64,000 bases of DNA from Octopus sinensis. Its lineage: Eukaryota. A model generated the notes under the pieces. That model saw only the letters and a list, made by a program, of their open reading frames with translations. It was not told the DNA's origin and searched no databases. The stretch spans positions 157,294,001 through 157,358,000 of the forward strand of contig NC_042998.1 in the NCBI RefSeq assembly GCF_006345805.1, given 5' to 3'. Both the position numbers and the translations under genes were made by a program. Positions 26,201 to 37,900 of this stretch are shown piece by piece; positions within the stretch are counted from its first letter, which is position 1, and each line of letters starts with the position of its first letter.

Positions 26201-27019
26201 CTTTCCCCCTTTTCTCTCATAATTCTGAAAATGTTGATAATTCTATTGAATTATTTGAGATTTTAGATGTTTAAAAATTTTAAAAGAAAAAATATTATAA
26301 TTTTGTAGAACAATCAATTTTCTGTATTTGAATGCTTACATGTAAATATACGCTTTAATGCTGAACCGAATTTGCATATCAATGTAAAAATAAACAAAGG
26401 ATTGAAATACACAGAAATACTGTTATCCCGTTGAAGTTCAGTGTGAATGGTAGCCAGGTGAAAGCTAAATCAACTTCATATTTTCATCCTGAATAACTTA
26501 AGTTATTCGGTGTAAATAGAAACATTCTCTTTGCATGATATAATAACATTGTGATATGGAGTGTCATCAAAAATGTCTTCTGATGTTTGACATCTATATA
26601 TTGACGTTAACCTTACGTTAGATCATTTTTTTAAATAGTGATTCCTAATAATCACCTACCGGTTAGCAGCACCAGCAGTTGCAAAAGCTGTTATATTTCG
26701 AATGGTATATTCTTTTCTCGAATTAAAAATGGAATTTGAAAAAAAAAAAAAAACTGTTGTCCTTTGATATCAGTTTAAAGCTTTTGAAGGAAAGACGAAA
26801 TGTTTTACTTAAGAATATCTTATCTTCAAAACGTCTCTTAGAAGAACTCCGTTATCATTAATAGCAGAAAGATCGCCCTCGATAATATTTCCACATTTGA
26901 TTTCCAATTCTAATAATTCTTATGGTATTTTACGTGTAATTATAGTGCTCACTTACTTTAGTAAATATGGCTTTCATTGTTTTATCACAGTCATAATTTC
27001 TCTTTTTGAAAGAGTCAAT
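26201..27019 (-). CDS. Cluster of four candidate short exons: 27019-26957, 26687-26660, 26488-26421, 26224-26201
   Basis: Each has an AG acceptor and a GT donor (GTAAGT, GTAGGT, GTATTT, GTATGT). Phases chain 0-0, 0-1, 1-0, 0-0, giving IDSFKKRNYDCDKTMKAIFTK|LLQLLVLLT G|*KYEVDLAFTWLPFTLNFNGIT|NYERKGGK with one in-frame TGA. Confidence 0.35.
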
Positions 27020-27069
27020 CTGTTATATATACTTATCATTAACAATTGGTAGAACTTACATAGGCATGC

Positions 27070-27091
27070 AGAGATAGATAGACAGACAGAC

Positions 27092-27147
<56 letters not shown>

Positions 27148-27205
27148 GGATGGATGGATAGATGGATGGATGGATAGATGGATGGATGGATGGATTGATG
27201 GCTGG
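27070..27205. repeat. (GATA)n/(GATG)n microsatellite
   Basis: Direct reading. Confidence 0.95.
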
Positions 27206-27599
27206 ATGGATACACCCTGCCACACACAAAAGTATGGTGCTGTGAGAACACATGGGAATGGCGTTTTTCAAATTTACCCAAATTTAAAATGATCTAATAT
27301 AACGATATCATTCCTTCGGTATGTGTTGAAATATGACAAGACAATTTAATTCCACACAAATATTTGTTACTTTACATTTATGTGTTAATTCTATTTACTG
27401 AAACTTGCTAAGACGCATATTTTGCTTTAATGTAGTATCTCCTTGTAAAAACATTTGTCAGTAATCATACTGTTTCCATTTCTTTCAGCCAATATTTTTA
27501 CATTAGCCTTCTTTTGAACTCTAGATAATGCAAAATACAGCTGACCATGTGAGAAGAATTGTGTCGGAATATATATTCCAATTTGTTCAAAAGTCTGTC

Positions 27600-28530
27600 A
27601 CTGTGCCTTGTTGTACGTCAAGGCAAAAGCTGGCTTGACAGGAAATAGTTTGTAAATATGAATGGCAATTCCATTTCTTGAGATGCATGTGGTATTCTTG
27701 GGATTAGCAGAGTTGATCCTGAGTGAGGACCAGAAGCAACCTCAGCCTCAATAGCATAATCATGTAAACTGGCAATGTTGTAGCGTGTGCTATTGCAATG
27801 CCCGTTAGTAGCATCTAAATGTTTCAGAAGCATTATGCATCATTTTTTCTTTAGTTTGAGAATGTATGGTGGAAAACTTGATGGTGTAAATTTATTGATG
27901 AACGCAATTAGGTACAAAGTTTCATTATCAACTGTATCTGAGATCCTGTATAGTTTTAGTTCACTAGGGATTCTGGTCAACAGAAAATCCTTCACAGATT
28001 GTGCTGCTTCATTTGTTGGGATAACAATGGTTGTATTTGCAAGCCACACAGGACTTTTGAAGTTATTTTTGAGGTCAGCATATATTGAGGTCACAAAGAT
28101 ATGAAAGAGTACCACTTTCAAGGCAAATGTCATTGGATAGTTTGATTCTGAATTCGCCTAGGCTTTGTTCAACAGAAATATTACTATTTCCTGCATCAAG
28201 AAGGTAATTAACAAACTCTCTTTCATCAGAATGACCTTCTGTAAGAAGTCTTAGATTGGTTGTCAACTCTACTACTTTCACATCATCGTAAAGAAAAGAT
28301 CTCTTTAGTGTTGCATCAACAATTTGTGATCTGACACCATTATTTTGAAGTAGAATATTCTCCTCCCGAGATACCCTAACCAGTCGGTCATGTGTAGCGG
28401 AAACAGAATCATGTCCACGTATCCGTGCATATTCAGGCATCTGTTTCTGTCGCTTTGCCCTGGTTTCATCCGATTCAGTTGCCCGTCTTTCTCTCCGCCG
28501 TTGTGCCTTTGCTGCTAAATTTTCTTTTTC
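27600..28530 (-). mobile_element. Internally deleted Helitron: N-terminal charged region joined to the Pif1-like helicase C-terminus
   Basis: QIVDATLKRS...LTTNLRL...EFVNYLLD, IPTNEAA, FPPYILKLKK, MLLKHLDATNGHCNSTRY and LLIPRIP are Helitron helicase motifs; preceded by RRATESDETRAKRQ; no Rep domain visible between them. Confidence 0.85.
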
Positions 28531-29854
28531 AGTTGCATATTATAAATAAGTGAAAGCTCGTTAAAAACTATCTTGTTTAGCGTGATAGAAATAGCAGCGA
28601 TCACATAGTTATTATTGTAAGGATTATAGCGTTCCAAGTAGCCATATCAACAAAATCACTTCTTCATTTAAAAAGCAAAAAATTACAGAGGTATATTAAA
28701 CAAAGTTTCATTTTATCAAAAATTTTCATTTAACAAACTCTGGAAACTGATAATATTCTTGAAAGTGTGTCTCATATCAAAGTTATATAGCTATTATTAA
28801 ATTATCATTAATGAAAATAGAGGCGAGCGAGAATGAGAGACTGTTCCAAACTAAAACGTAAAATGTTACATGTAACGAATTAATGGTGTTTATTATTAAA
28901 CATTAAAATCTATTCTGAAGTGAATGCAATGAATATTTAAATTTATGTAGAATCGGATGCAATGATTGCAATGAACATTTAAATTTGCGAGAATTTGGAG
29001 TTTAAAAAATTCAATAAACTTCAGAAATCGAAATTATAGGAAATTTCTTAGAACGTAAATTTATAAAAGTTTTCCCAGACGGTCAACCCTTTAATAATTG
29101 CTTTCTTTTAGCACTTTTAGTAATTATTACATACCTAATTAATAAACAGCTTTATCCATTATAGTATAGAAAACAAAGACATCGATTTTGCAGATGTCCC
29201 GAATAATGTGAAATCACGATGAATTAAATTTCTCTGGGACAAAGTAGGCGTTAATACTATCCAGAGTCAGAGTTCCTGAGTTTTCTATGGTGTTTCTAAA
29301 ACTTTCCAGAATTTCATCAGGATCAGTCGGAAGAGTTTGTAAATCTTCTAAATGTGGCAGATGGTCCTAAGTTGAAAAAGTGTATGACTTGAGCTTTGGT
29401 AGATGTTAAGAACTATTTCTCTGTGGAATATCTTTTCTGGGGCCACCTTGCACTGTGTCAGGCGGCTTAAGATTAACGTTTTACACACTTTTTTCATTAG
29501 CTTTTGGTCTTTCTTCAACTCTATGATTTAGCACTGCCTGCTATTTCGACAACGAGGATTCTCAGCTTTTACTTTTTTCCCCATAAATGATATCTTAGAA
29601 TGCCTGGTAAACTTTCATAATAGATTGAACTTCCTGGGTGCATCACCTTACAAGATGTCGCTAAAGTTGATGCTCAAATTCTTATCGAACTAATTATGAT
29701 TTGCTGCAATGTTAAACAACTTGAAACTTATTTTAACCGTGTATCCTGAGGTATTGCGAGAAGGACGATATACATTGAAGCGACTTGCAGAAAGTTAAAG
29801 TCAATAAGCTATAGACATCACTATACGAAAATAATAAGGTACCTAGCTCATATT

Positions 29855-30010
29855 ACAACTGTGGGGACTCAGTTTTCTAATTGCACAACGCCTTTGATCC
29901 ACGTAGACTTGAAAGGAAGCCATGTCTTTCCGGAAGAGGTGGCGGTAACATCGTCCCAACCAGATATGTTTCTGTTAACGAGTAACACTAGAAACGTCAG
30001 TCATAGTGCC
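29855..30010 (+). mobile_element. Possible RLE-endonuclease remnant of a HERO/NeSL-like LINE
   Basis: HVDLKGSHVFPEEVAVTSSQPDMFLL resembles the VDL...FP.EIAVT..RPD.VL motif; short and decayed. Confidence 0.45.
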
Positions 30011-30739
30011 CTGAAGGACACTATTTGTAAATCAAAGATGATACACTATTTGTAAATCAAAGATGATACAAATTAATCATGTCTTTCAGATTGATCATCA
30101 AACAACTAGTAGTATGAGATCTTACATTATTTTACATATCCCAAACAGTCCCAGACAGATCATTAGTATTCATTCCAAGAACACTTACAAATTGCCTGTG
30201 TACCAAACTCAATCGATCAGAATGCCATTCTATTTTTGTCTAATGTTCATAAAATTTAATAAAGCCACAAGCTATTTGATAAACTCAACATATCATTAGA
30301 TTATCTTGTATGAAATAATTTTTTAAATCAGTTTCTAACTCGCATTTCCTATTTCTCTGTCTTTCACGCAGTTCTTGTCGAAGATTTGAACGCAGCTAAA
30401 GGGAAAAGAAGAAACGAAACATCAATTATCTGTCGGCTTTCGAAACAGACAAGTATGTGAGTAGTAGATTTTCGAGTAAAAAAACAGTTAGATTAATGCG
30501 CATATCATATCTACACATCGTACATATGTATAACTTATACTTGACTTCTTTATTACAAGATGCTCCTCTTGCAGCACAAGTCTTCTGTATTGGTATAAAA
30601 ATTAGTAGATTAATAAAATAAGTAGAAGAATACGTTTATATATTTGTTGTGCAAGATTTTTTATGTGAAGTCGTGTGTTGAAACAGATATTGTTATATTT
30701 CGGAATGGTCATTTTGCCAGTTTAGCCAATAAAAACACA

Positions 30740-32070
30740 CGCACTATATATTTGGTGTTATTTTGCTTCAGTGTTATTTATTTTTTACATTAATCTTAAT
30801 CTTATTTCGGCCAGAGTTCTTTCGTCACACTCCTGGGAGCGCATCAGTGGTCTTTTGTTTTCTTCTTTCTTACTCGTGTCTCTCCTTACTAACCGTCAGC
30901 CATTTTGTATTTCTATTGTATGTCTTCATTTGCGCATGCTTATATCTCTATGTGTGTCTATGTTTATTTAGTGTGTGTGGGGGGGGATGCCTGTAATATT
31001 TTTATCTTCTGTTTATATACGTTCATGTAATTTGTTTTTGTTGTTGTTGTTTTTGTTTATTCTTATTTTGTTCATGTGTTTACATCCACTTATTATTATC
31101 ATTACATATGCTTGTATGTATGTATGTATGTGTAACAACAATACTAGTAATAATAATAATAAATAAAAAAAAACTTATATAGTTATTTATTTCTATTTGT
31201 TTATTTATCTGTGTATTCATTATGTTTTCGGGATCCTCTACCGTCATATGTTGTGGTGTGTGCTAGTGTTCCATTCTAGTTTCCTATTCAGGCTAGGTTT
31301 ATTTTCTATTATGTGTGTAGCTTCTGTAATTTGTCTGATTGTTGTATCTGTTCTATGTGTGGACAATATTTTAATTTCTATGTTGTTGATTGATCCCTGT
31401 GTTCCTGTTCGACGTGTTGGTACAGAATCGATGAGCTTTTACCTTCCTTGGTAAACGTTCATTTACCCGCTCTCCTATGCTTCTTGCCGTTTCCCCTACG
31501 TATGTCGTTGTCTTATTACTGCATCGTCCCTCTATACATCTTATACTATAGACTACATTTCTGGCTTTACAGTTTGTTTGTGGGCTAAATCTATTTACAG
31601 TACAGTACTTATCCGTACAGGGGGTTCTACTAAAAGGATAGGTTCTACTAATTATAGATTTGATAGGGTTGCCTGGCTTTTCAACAACCTTAATCCTTAG
31701 CTTAAGTTTGTCTAGGGTCCTTCTAAAGCGGTACGCCAGTTCACCTCCAGGGGTGGTGTCAACGAACATGACACTCTGGTATTTATGGCTATCGTACCAA
31801 GAGTTGGCCTTCCCTATTTTCTTTTTTGTCCTTTCTATAGTGTTCCATGACTTGTTCCTATAGAGTGGGAAAATCCCATTCCTATCATTACATAATATAT
31901 TATCAAATTTCTTCATGGCTCCTTTGTATACTCTGATCCTTTCTTTATGGCTGTAACCTGAGAACTGCATGCGGTGAATGAAATATTGTATGTGTCTCTT
32001 TAACTCTGTAGGTTCGCACATGCGTGACACATTTCTCATTATTCTGACGAGGTCTGCCAAAACACTATGT
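30740..32070 (-). mobile_element. 3' part of a Penelope-like element, Naiad-like: thumb, GIY-YIG and 3' non-coding region
   Basis: ORF 31371-32060: RMQFSGYS, PLYR.K.W, VMFVDTTPGGELA, IKVVEKPG, NVVYSIRC...YVGETARSIGERV; after frameshifts SILYQHVEQEH and RQITEATHIIENKPSLNRKLEW. Confidence 0.85.
30809..30852 (-). ncRNA. Degenerate minimal type I hammerhead ribozyme motif
   Basis: GACCA-CUGAUGC-(imperfect stem II)-GAAA-GAAC-UC-UGGCC; A9C substitution; same strand and downstream of the PLE ORF. Confidence 0.4.
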
Positions 32071-32799
32071 AAGAATTATGAACAAGAAGTAATATATTAC
32101 TAACCGCTTAATTTTGACTATAAATCTACTTTTAAAATATATTTATGTTTCTATATGTTATTTGAATTAAAAGAATATTTTGGTTGACTACACCTAGAGA
32201 ATTTGATGTATTTTACGAGATATTTGTGATGTGTAGAACTGAGGTGATAAACGAACATATTCTGAATCTTGCAACCACAACTTGTACAACTTGCTTGGCA
32301 TTTACAATGTGTATATGTATCAATGAAAAGGTATTCTCTGTAACCATAATGCAACACCCACCAACATAAATAAAGTGTATGAGACGTCGGTTGTGTTATT
32401 GCTGGTGAAGAGTGAATCCTGGATTAGTGAAGCTTAACTGGTAGTGAAATTTCTAAAAATATTCGCTATCCTATATATTTTACGTATATGATTTTAGCAT
32501 TTGGAAGATCAGTTCAGCATTTTTCATTTACTGCCGACTGAAACTGCGCTTGCGCTGTGAATTTGAAAAATTATAATATATAATGATGAGGCACGTGTTA
32601 TTTGTCTCTAAATTATGTTAATGTTATGGCGCGGTTATTGATGTGAATTTCGCCTGGCAAATTATTTTATTTGCTAAAATTTTTTATTTTTCATTCCCTT
32701 CGAAATTGCTCTTAAATGTGGTTTCGGTCGTTTTGACTGCTTCTTCTAGCGTGTAAAATTACCTGTTAAAGGTAGTTTCTGTTGTGTTTTAATGTACAC

Positions 32800-32895
<96 letters not shown>

Positions 32896-32993
32896 TATGT
32901 GTGTGTGCGTGCGTGTGAGTATGCATATATTTATATTTTCAGAATGAGATAAAGATCCAAGGCTGTGAAAGATTTAAGAACATTTATAAATAG

Positions 32994-33041
32994 GTCTTAC
33001 AGCTGTTTCCGGGATATTTTATATATCCCTTCATCAGAGAT
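32994..33041 (-). ncRNA. Minimal type I hammerhead ribozyme
   Basis: AUCU-CUGAUGA-A-GGGAUA(UAUAAAA)UAUCCC-G-GAAAC-AGCU-GUA-AGAC: intact core, 6-bp stem II, palindromic stem III loop, GUA triplet. Confidence 0.75.
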
Positions 33042-33186
33042 GGTGTGAGAAAATGGTTAAGCAATAGTTGTTCTAAATAAGCTATAAAATAGAGAGTGAA
33101 GTGGCGGAATGAAAATAAACGTGAGATATTGCATCTGTAGATCCATTATTTAGGCAGAATGGTATACATAACCATTTTCTCACACC

Positions 33187-33234
33187 GTCTCTGATGAAGG
33201 GATATATCAAACATTCCGGAAACAGCTGTAAAAC
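33187..33234 (+). ncRNA. Minimal type I hammerhead ribozyme (second arm)
   Basis: GUCU-CUGAUGA-AGGGA...UUCCG-GAAAC-AGCU-GUA-AAAC: intact core, weaker stems I and II. Confidence 0.65.
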
Positions 33235-33448
33235 CTTCTATTTATAAATGCTCTAAAATCCTTCACAGCCTTGGATTTTTATCTCATTCTGAAAATCTTT
33301 ACATATAAACATGCTGATATATGACTTATGTTGGTCTCCTCATTCGCATAATCACCGAACTTGGAGCTTAACTATAATCTGTCCATAACACTTATTCAGC
33401 ATTACCTGACACCTTTGTATCTTATTGACACCATTACCTCTCATAACC

Positions 33449-33487
<39 letters not shown>

Positions 33488-33492
33488 ACATA

Positions 33493-34030
33493 CACGTAGT
33501 CTGATCAATAAGTATCCGGACTGCTGCTATAGTAACGAAGCTATAGCTCATTTCCACTGTTTAAAGCAGTGCTTGGAAGGAAGGTGTGATCGTCGTATTG
33601 ACCATGACAGAGAATGTTGAGCAGAGTATCTCAATCAGAATTTGCCAAACGCTTGGCCATTCCTGCTCAGAGGCCTATGCAAAGTTTTCAAAAAGTTTTT
33701 TTTATCGTTTTTGACATAATCAAGGAAATCTTGTGCAACTGAAATGTGAATGTCCTTTTGGTCAGCTGAAAGCAGTTTTGGAATAAACGTGGCAGACACG
33801 CGTCTCATACCCAAATTTTCAATGATAATGGACTAAACTGAATAGTAACTAATCTGATAAGTCATAGATGGTAATTTGACGATCTCCCGTCACAGCTGCA
33901 CGCACGTCTGCAATAATTTTCTCAGTTCTGCTGGTTGCGGGTCTCCCAGAACGTTCGTCAATATCGACATTTTGTGGTCCTCTTGGAAACGTCTGAACCA
34001 CTCGTACACTTGTGTACAGCTCATACACTA
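33493..34030. mobile_element. Rearranged mariner remnant: TIR and N-terminus on +, next segment inverted on -
   Basis: TA then CACGTAGTCTGATCAATAAGTATCCGGACT; MTENVEQSISIRICQTLG on + from 33604; QVYEWFRRFQ, DERSGRPATSRTE and LGMRRVSATFIPKLLSADQK on - (about 34030-33715). Confidence 0.75.
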
Positions 34031-34034
34031 CCTC

Positions 34035-34790
34035 TCTGGAATATTCCCTTTCAAATATTTATAGCATCGGACAAAATCATTCTCCTCTGTTCTAAATATG
34101 AAGATTATGGCCCAGGCCTTTGTGAACCTCAAACTGGCAGTAATTAATGTAGCAGGTACTTTTGCCAAATGGAGACATTTCAGCATTATGATTGGGGAAT
34201 AGAGCCAAATGCCTTCCTATAATGAAGTCATACTATTGTAAGGCTCCTACAATGGTTTTTTTTTTTATCTAAGACAGTACAGCTTTGTTTATCAGTTGTT
34301 CGGCACATCCCCATACTCGCTCCTTTCTACTGGCCTGTTCATCAGTCACTATGTTTTTGGACTTACAATGATCCTGGACAAATTGATTGAGACAGCTTGT
34401 GTACAGTTTATACATAATATTTAGCGACCAATGCGCCTGGGATTTTCAGGCAACTCAGTGATTTCAGTTTTGAATACGAGATTCGTCCGTGCTATAAACA
34501 AGCTAAATTGGTTTGTCAGTCTGACTTTCCATACTGCTTTTGAATATACTTATTAGTGGTTTCCTGCACAGTATCACCCTCTTATACCAGTATCCAACTA
34601 TAAGGTCCCTTCCAGGTGCCTTACTGTTATGTAGTTTGCCTACAGCTATGGTGATAATTTCCAAGTTAATTGCATATATTTTACATTTGATGTTGGTATA
34701 GTATTCTCTCTTTACTGCATTGAAGTTATAATTCCTCTTTTCCTTCACCCAGAATACTTCAAGATCTGAAGATGGGACTTTCTTAACGGT
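34035..34790 (-). mobile_element. Decayed R4/Dong-type LINE RT fragment
   Basis: LHNSKAPGRDLIVGYWYK, GCAEQLINKAVL, HYRKAFGSIP and a GIFQ-like motif. Confidence 0.7.
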
Positions 34791-34796
34791 AATATT

Positions 34797-34981
34797 ATGC
34801 ATACATACATACATACGTACTTACGTGTGTACGTACGTATGTATGTATGTACGTACGTATGTATGTATGTATGTATGTACATGTATGTATGTATGCATGT
34901 ATGTATGTATGTATGTATGTATGTATGTATGTATGTATGTATGTATGTATGTATGTATGTACGTACGTATGTATGTATGTT
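34797..34981. repeat. (CATA)n/(GTAT)n microsatellite at the RTE 5' flank; matching tract at 39226-39313
   Basis: Direct reading. Confidence 0.95.
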
Positions 34982-34984
34982 ATT

Positions 34985-37900
34985 TCAGGTCACTTTCGAG
35001 TGCTACTGGTAACATGTAACCCAGTGCAACCTGTTGCATGGCCGGGTCGTCGGCGACTAAACTGGCAACCCCACCAAGCTTGCTTGGTGAGGAGGGTGTT
35101 TATTGCACACCCTGCGGGATAAAAAACAAAACCCGTCAAAGGGCGAAGGAACTCTTGAGAGTCAACGGCCATCCAATAAATGTTTTTTCTTTTTTTTTTC
35201 TTAAGGATTAAGGCTGTATCATGCGCGGGGACATAGAAATAATCGGACTGAATACCCGATCGCACGGTTAAACCATTGGGAGTGAAGGACTCCTAGCCTT
35301 TGTTAGGGCATCCTTCTAGGAGAAGGTAAGTCAGGTAACTGCGATAACTCCGACATAAAACCTGCGGCTCAGTGGTTACCGATGATGTTGACTTGTTCTT
35401 CTTTTCGGATTATGGCTGCTGTTGCTTAGCGAGTGGGATTGACTCAGTGCACAGCTTTTCCTCACTTTAAAAAAAATCTTTTTGCACAGGCATTGCCCGA
35501 TAACTATATTGGATTGATTAAATTGATTAACTAATTCATGATTGTTGATGGTGCTGTGAGTCTCAACTGAATGGCTGGCTGTAGCCTTAAAAATCAAAAA
35601 ATCAGTGATGTACCAAAACAGTATAAAAATAAATGGCAGTAAGGACTCTAGAACTACATCAGCTGAAAGAGTCTGGCCCGACAGGGGCTCCAGAGCATCA
35701 AAGTCTGAACCTGGTCGTCATCATGCTACTGTGATAGAACCAAAGAAAATAGTGAATATTGGCTGTTGGAATGTACGGACGCTGCTTGACCGCAAGTCCT
35801 CTGAATGTCATGAAAGAAGGACTGCGCTTGTTGCGAAGAAGATTCAACGCTATGATCTTGACATCGTTGCTTTATCTGAGACGAGATAACCTGGAGATGG
35901 TCATCTTACAGAATCTTGTGGAAAATATACATTCTTTTGGAAAAGGAGGAATGAAGAGTTTAGAAGAGAAGCTGGAGTGGCATTTGTTGTTAAGACTACT
36001 CTTGTGGACAAGTTGGAAGAATTCCCAATCGGAATTAACGAGCGTCTTATGTCCATGAGAATTCCTTTGGCTAAAAGAAATTATATGACCTTGGTGAGTG
36101 TGTATGCTCCAACTATGTGCTATACTGATGACGAAAAACTTTCTTTCTACCATGCTTTGAAGGGCATTATAAGAAATATCCCTCGGGCAGGCAAAGTCAT
36201 CGTCCTGGGTGACTTTAATGCTAGAGTGGGTAGGGATTTTAACACATGGACTGTAATTGGAAAGCATGGGGTGGGGAAGTGCAATAGTAATGGCATGCTT
36301 TTGCTGCAGATGTGTGAGGAGCTGAGTCTGTGTGTTATCAATACCATGTTTCAACAAAAGAATAAGCTCAAGACTACATGGATGCCCCCTGCACCTAAAG
36401 AATGGCATATTCTGGATTACATCCTAGTTAGGGTGCGTGATAGACGGGATGTGCAGTGTGTTCGTGTTCTTCGTGGAGCTGAGTGTTGGACTGACCACAG
36501 CCTAGTACGCGCAAAAGTGAAATTAGTCACAAAACATAAAATCCGAGCTGCAGGGATGACCCTGCCAAAAATACTGAATGTTGATCGTCTTAGGTATAAT
36601 AGTGTGAAGAGAACTTTACGAGAGGAAATGAATGCTGCAGATATTGGGGAGGGTTAGCCGACCTTAAAAAGTCAGTTTATGATATAGGCAAGAAAGTTCT
36701 GGGATTGATACAAAGAAACCATCAAGATTGGTTCAAAGAAAATGATGAACATATAGATGATTCATTGGCTGATAAAAGACGTACTTTGTCTCGATATTTG
36801 TCAGCAAAACCACAGGAAAGGGAAGTGTTGCATAGGGAACTTAAGGATGTAAAATCACGCGTGAGGCAAAGGCTCTTTCAGATGAGGGATACATGGTGGA
36901 GTAAGAAGGCTGACGAGATACAGGCGGCATCAGATTCCAATAACACAAAGCTGTCGTATGGTCTCTTGCGAGAAGTTTATGGACCGACGTCTTCCCTGAT
37001 CACACCACTTCGAAGTAGGGATGGTAAAGAACTTCTTTGTGATTCACAAGGAATTCTGTGAAGGTGGCAAGAACACTTTGATGAACTTTTGAATCAAAAG
37101 TCTGTAGTTATTGAGGATGTTCTCAATCTCATCCCTGGATTGCCTGTGAAGGCAGCACTCGCGGAACCACCAAAGTTAGAAGTTGCAATGGCTGTCTCAA
37201 GATTGAATAATGAGAAGTCTCCGGGTATGGATAGCATACATGCGGAGTTGTTACAGCATGGTTGTGAGAAACATCTGCAGAAGCTTCACTCTTTGTTTGG
37301 TAAGATATGGACTAGTGAATCTGTACCTGAGGACTGGAGAGATGCAGTAATCGTGGTCCTGTATAAGGGAAAGGGCAAGAGGAATGATTGTGGTAATTAT
37401 AGGGAGTATCATTGCTGTCTGCTGTAGGAAAGGTTTTATGCAGGATACTTCTGGATCGTCTGCTGAAATACATTGCAGATTGTGTTCTTCCAGAAACTCA
37501 ATCTGGCTTTCGTGTGGGACGTGGCACTACTGATATGATCTTTTCAGCTAGACAGCTTCAGGAAAAGTGTGTGGAACAGAGCCTGGATTTGTATCAGGAT
37601 TTTGTCGATCTGACAAAAGCCTTTGATACCGTCAATAGAAAAGCATTGTGGAAAGTCCTCCAGAAACTTGGGTGTCCTGAAAAGTTCCTTACTTTGGTTA
37701 GGTCTTTTCATGAAGACATGAATGATAGGGTGAATGTTAGAGGGAAAATGTCGGAGCCCATTTCAATACAAAATGGAGTGAAACAGGGGGATATTCTGGC
37801 ACCGACCCGATTTGCCATATATTTCACGATGGTGTTCTGTATTACATTCAGAAACTGCAGATACGGTGTTTACGTCCATTATCGAACCTCTGGCAGCATA

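Larger units (their letters stand above)
32935..33296. mobile_element. 362-bp inverted-repeat unit (arms ~125 bp) derived from PLE-type terminal repeats
   Basis: Arms 32935-33059 and 33170-33296 are reverse complements around a ~110-bp spacer; lies between (TA)n/(TG)n tracts. Confidence 0.85.

Noticed and set aside
34985-35360. HDV-like ribozyme in the RTE 5' UTR (also sought in the Dong D 5' region, 53860-54250)
   Set aside because: Such ribozymes are known in RTE and R4 elements, but I could not fit a consistent nested pseudoknot by eye; needs an RNArobo or Infernal search.
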